Shown here: piece by piece, positions 20,311-23,070 of the stretch
How the letters are laid out: each line of letters starts with the position of its first letter
Position numbering within the stretch: position 1 is the stretch's first letter
From: Octopus sinensis
Lineage: Eukaryota
Assembly (NCBI RefSeq): GCF_006345805.1
Contig: NW_021836671.1
Coordinates: 1-23,070 of the forward strand
DNA: 23,070 bases
Direction: 5' to 3'
Notes under the pieces: generated by a model
Databases searched by the model: none
The model's input: only the letters and a program-made list of their open reading frames with translations
What the model was told of the DNA's origin: nothing
Position numbers and translations under genes: made by a program

Positions 20311-20702
20311 TATACATTTATTTACGACTGAATACGATAGATTTATTAGCGAAATTTATAATCTATTAAATCGATCCAACCATAAATCAGCGAAGAAGCT
20401 GTTAATGACAAATATAAGTATGACCACTCTCTCGCTACCTCTATGTACAGATACAACAAAGAGCGATCGCATTGCACTACATGTCAAACAAACCACAGAA
20501 CAAAAAATAAATATATATATAGGAAATCATTTGCAGACGGCGCGTTAATACCTTGGGTAATTTCTCACAAAACAAGATGATTACTAATGAAAGTAATGCT
20601 TATCAGATAGCTCGATACATAAATAAACGCAAGGACGAAATACACGACGCAAATAAACGCAGCGACGACAAACGCAAGAACGACATACTAATAAATATAA
20701 AA

Positions 20703-21334
20703 GGCGGCGAGCTGGCAGAAACGTTAGCACGCCAGGCGAAATGCTGAGCGGTATTTCGTCTGCCGTTACGTTGTGAGTTCAAATTCCGCCGAGGTCGACT
20801 TTGCTTTTCATCCTTTCGGGGTCGATAAATTAAGTACCAGTTACGCACTGGGGTCGATGTAATCGACTCAATCCCTTTGTCTATCCTGGTTTATCCCCTT
20901 TGTGTTTAGCCCCTTGTGGGTAATAAAGAAATAAGAAACGTTAGCACGCTGGGCGAAATGCTGAGCGGTATTTCGTCTGCCGTTACGTTCTGAGTTCAAA
21001 TACCGCCGAGATCGACTTTGCCTTTCATCCTTTCGGGGTCGATTAAATAAGTACCAGTTATGCACTGGGGTCGATGTAATCGACTTAATCCGTTTGTCTG
21101 TCTTTGTTTGTCCTCTCTGTGTTTAGCCCCTTGTGGGTTGTAAAGAAATAGGTATTTCGTCTGCCGTTACGTTCTGAGTTCAAATTCCGTCGAGGTCGAC
21201 TTTGCCTTTCATCCTTTCGGGGTCGATTGAATAAGTACCAGTTACGCACTGGGGTCGATATAATCGACTTAATCCGTTTGTCTGTGTTTGTTTGTCCCCT
21301 CTGTCTGTAGCCCCTTGTGGGCAATAAAGAAATA
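20703..21334 (+). mobile_element. Head-to-tail trimer of SINE group B
   Basis: Units at 20703-20933, 20934-21150 and 21151-21334, each ending AAAGAAATA. Flanking repeat ACTAATAAAT(A/G)TAA at 20687-20700 and 21335-21348. Confidence 0.95.
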
Positions 21335-21366
21335 ACTAATAAATGTAATCACATGATTTTTTAAAT

Positions 21367-21545
21367 CTTTTATCTTTTACCTGTTTCAGTCATTAGATTG
21401 CGGCCATGCTGGGGTACCACCTTGAATTTTTAGTCGAATGAAAGCACCCCAGTATTAAACCTGATACTTATTCTGTCGGTCTCTATTGCCAAAACGCCAA
21501 AAGCTACGAGGACGTAAACACACCAACACCGGTTGTGAAGTGATC
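21367..21545 (-). mobile_element. Older SINE group A 3' half
   Basis: tgtttcagtcattagattgcggccatgctgg...gacgtaaacacaccaacaccggttgt. Confidence 0.85.
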
Positions 21546-21656
21546 TGTTGAGATCACAACGTTCATTTATAACCAATGCGTGATCTCATATTGACGTCAG
21601 CGCTTCAGTGAGTCAAGTATTTATCACACGGACCACAGTTCTATATGCTCTATATT

Positions 21657-21986
21657 CGCATGGCTCAGTGGTTACAGCGTCGAGCTTACGATCGTGAGGT
21701 TGTGAGCTCGAATCCCGGACCGGGCTGCGTGTTGTGTTCTTGAGCAAGACACTTTATTTCACGTTGCTCCAGTTCACTCAGCTGTAGAAATGAGTTACGA
21801 CGTCACGGGTGCCAAGCTGTATCGGCCTTTGCCTTTCCCTTGGATAACACTGGTGGCGTGGAGAGGGGAGGCCGGTATGCATGGGCGACTGCTGGTCTTC
21901 CATAAACAACCATGCCCAGACTTGTGACTAGGAGGGTAACTTTCTAGGTGCAATCCCATGGTCAGTGTCGTGACCGAAGGGGGTCC
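21657..21986 (+). mobile_element. SINE group C, essentially full length
   Basis: A box TGGCTCAGTGG, B-like GAGCTCGAATCCC, CORE-like GTTGTGTTCTTGAGCAAGACACTT; 8-bp repeat ATATTCGC at 21652-21659 and 21990-21997. Confidence 0.93.
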
Positions 21987-22061
21987 CGGATATTCGCCAA
22001 AATGTTACTTTACTGAAAATAAACGTACACACACACACAACCTACAATCATCTTCTGTACT

Positions 22062-22195
22062 GTTTTCCGTCTACCGAGTAGCACTCTCAAGGAATTATGG
22101 CTCCAGTCGATATTATGAGTAGAACGTACTTGCCTAAGAATCTCATCAGTGGGACCGAACTCGAAACTATGTAGTTGTAGAGCAACATTGTTAAC
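22062..22195 (-). mobile_element. Degenerate SINE group A 5' half
   Basis: tttccgtctacc...acttgcctaag...cagtgggaccgaactcgaaactatgt. Confidence 0.65.
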
Positions 22196-23070
22196 AACGT
22201 AATCATTGCGTTTACTTATTATTTTTTATCACTACTTCGTCTGCTACTAGACGGCTATGCTTTGCGGATGAGATCAGAATAACGCTGAAACGTGTTTGGA
22301 GTTGTTTCTCATTCTTACCAGGAAACTGAAATTATATCACTTATTTATATATATTGTTTGTTGCAGTGTATATTTATGTCTACACGCTGGCATTAACCTC
22401 CTGTGGTTCAGAATGCACAGCTTGTCTCCTACCAAGTTATGTATCTCTTATTTTTATATTTTGATCTTTTAATCCTGTTACCTGTCCCAACAATAATATT
22501 TTCGTGCAACCAGATTTATTTTACTGAAGTACGCTTCCTTTTATTTTACTTTTATTTTTGCGGTAGGCAGTTGATATTTAAACAGGATCTTCCCATCCAT
22601 ACACCAGCCATTCTCAGTTACTAACCTTCACTCACTTATTAACAGGCTCTGCTTCCTACCTTTATTCACGAAAAGCAATAATCGATAGATGATTTTATCC
22701 CTGTTGAGATCCACCCATATTTTTACATAGCAACCAATAATAAGACCGCAGCGGGAACGTCAAATGTTGTGTCCTATTTGTCACAGCGCCGTTTCTTTGT
22801 TGACGTGAAAAACCACAATGGAATAAACAAAGCAAAGATCTTGGAGACCACAATTTATAAAGATCAATGAATATGGAGGAAGACGCGGTAGTCGTGTCAC
22901 TAACATATTGAACATCTCCCTTTATTGTTGTTATTGTTGGCAATTATACCTTGATCAAGCAAACCTATACTTCTTTCTCCTTGATTGTAACAAAGGGTTG
23001 CTATGTGATCGTTCGGTCTTCTAATTTGTTCTAGATTTTTACCATTATATGCTCCGAGTTTGAATCCCAT

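Noticed and set aside
20620-20685. Repeated AAACGCA/ACGAC words
   Set aside because: Irregular low-complexity sequence with no constant repeat-spacer pattern; not CRISPR-like.
19338-21324. Repeated ORFs with KDERQSRPRRNLNS
   Set aside because: Antisense translation of SINE B copies, not a protein family.
21657-21730. tRNA-like sequence
   Set aside because: A SINE head: the anticodon stem does not pair and the sequence continues into the SINE core.
22695-22943. 82-aa ORF or possible exon
   Set aside because: No recognisable homology; the candidate acceptor at about 22786 leads to early stops in all frames.

Overview
This is AT-rich, non-coding eukaryotic DNA saturated with microsatellites and interspersed repeats. 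I recall the SINE families as those of Octopus (coleoid cephalopod) genomes; that assignment is from memory, not a search. No host protein-coding exon can be supported: the supplied ORFs are microsatellite or SINE read-throughs. Supported content is: three tRNA-headed SINE groups (here A, B, C), several with target-site duplications (TSDs); one tRNA-Thr gene with an AGT anticodon on a Thr(TGT)-type body; a decayed mariner transposase 5' end plus a second likely mariner end; RTE-type LINE remnants; a short non-autonomous Helitron; and Penelope-like terminal fragments. The most interesting items are a head-to-head pair of elements each carrying a minimal type I hammerhead ribozyme motif (16074-16542), a SINE trimer under one TSD (20687-21348), a double fold-back in a SINE head (5354-5428), and a CRE/YY1/ETS motif cluster beside a structured GC-rich island (9191-9640).
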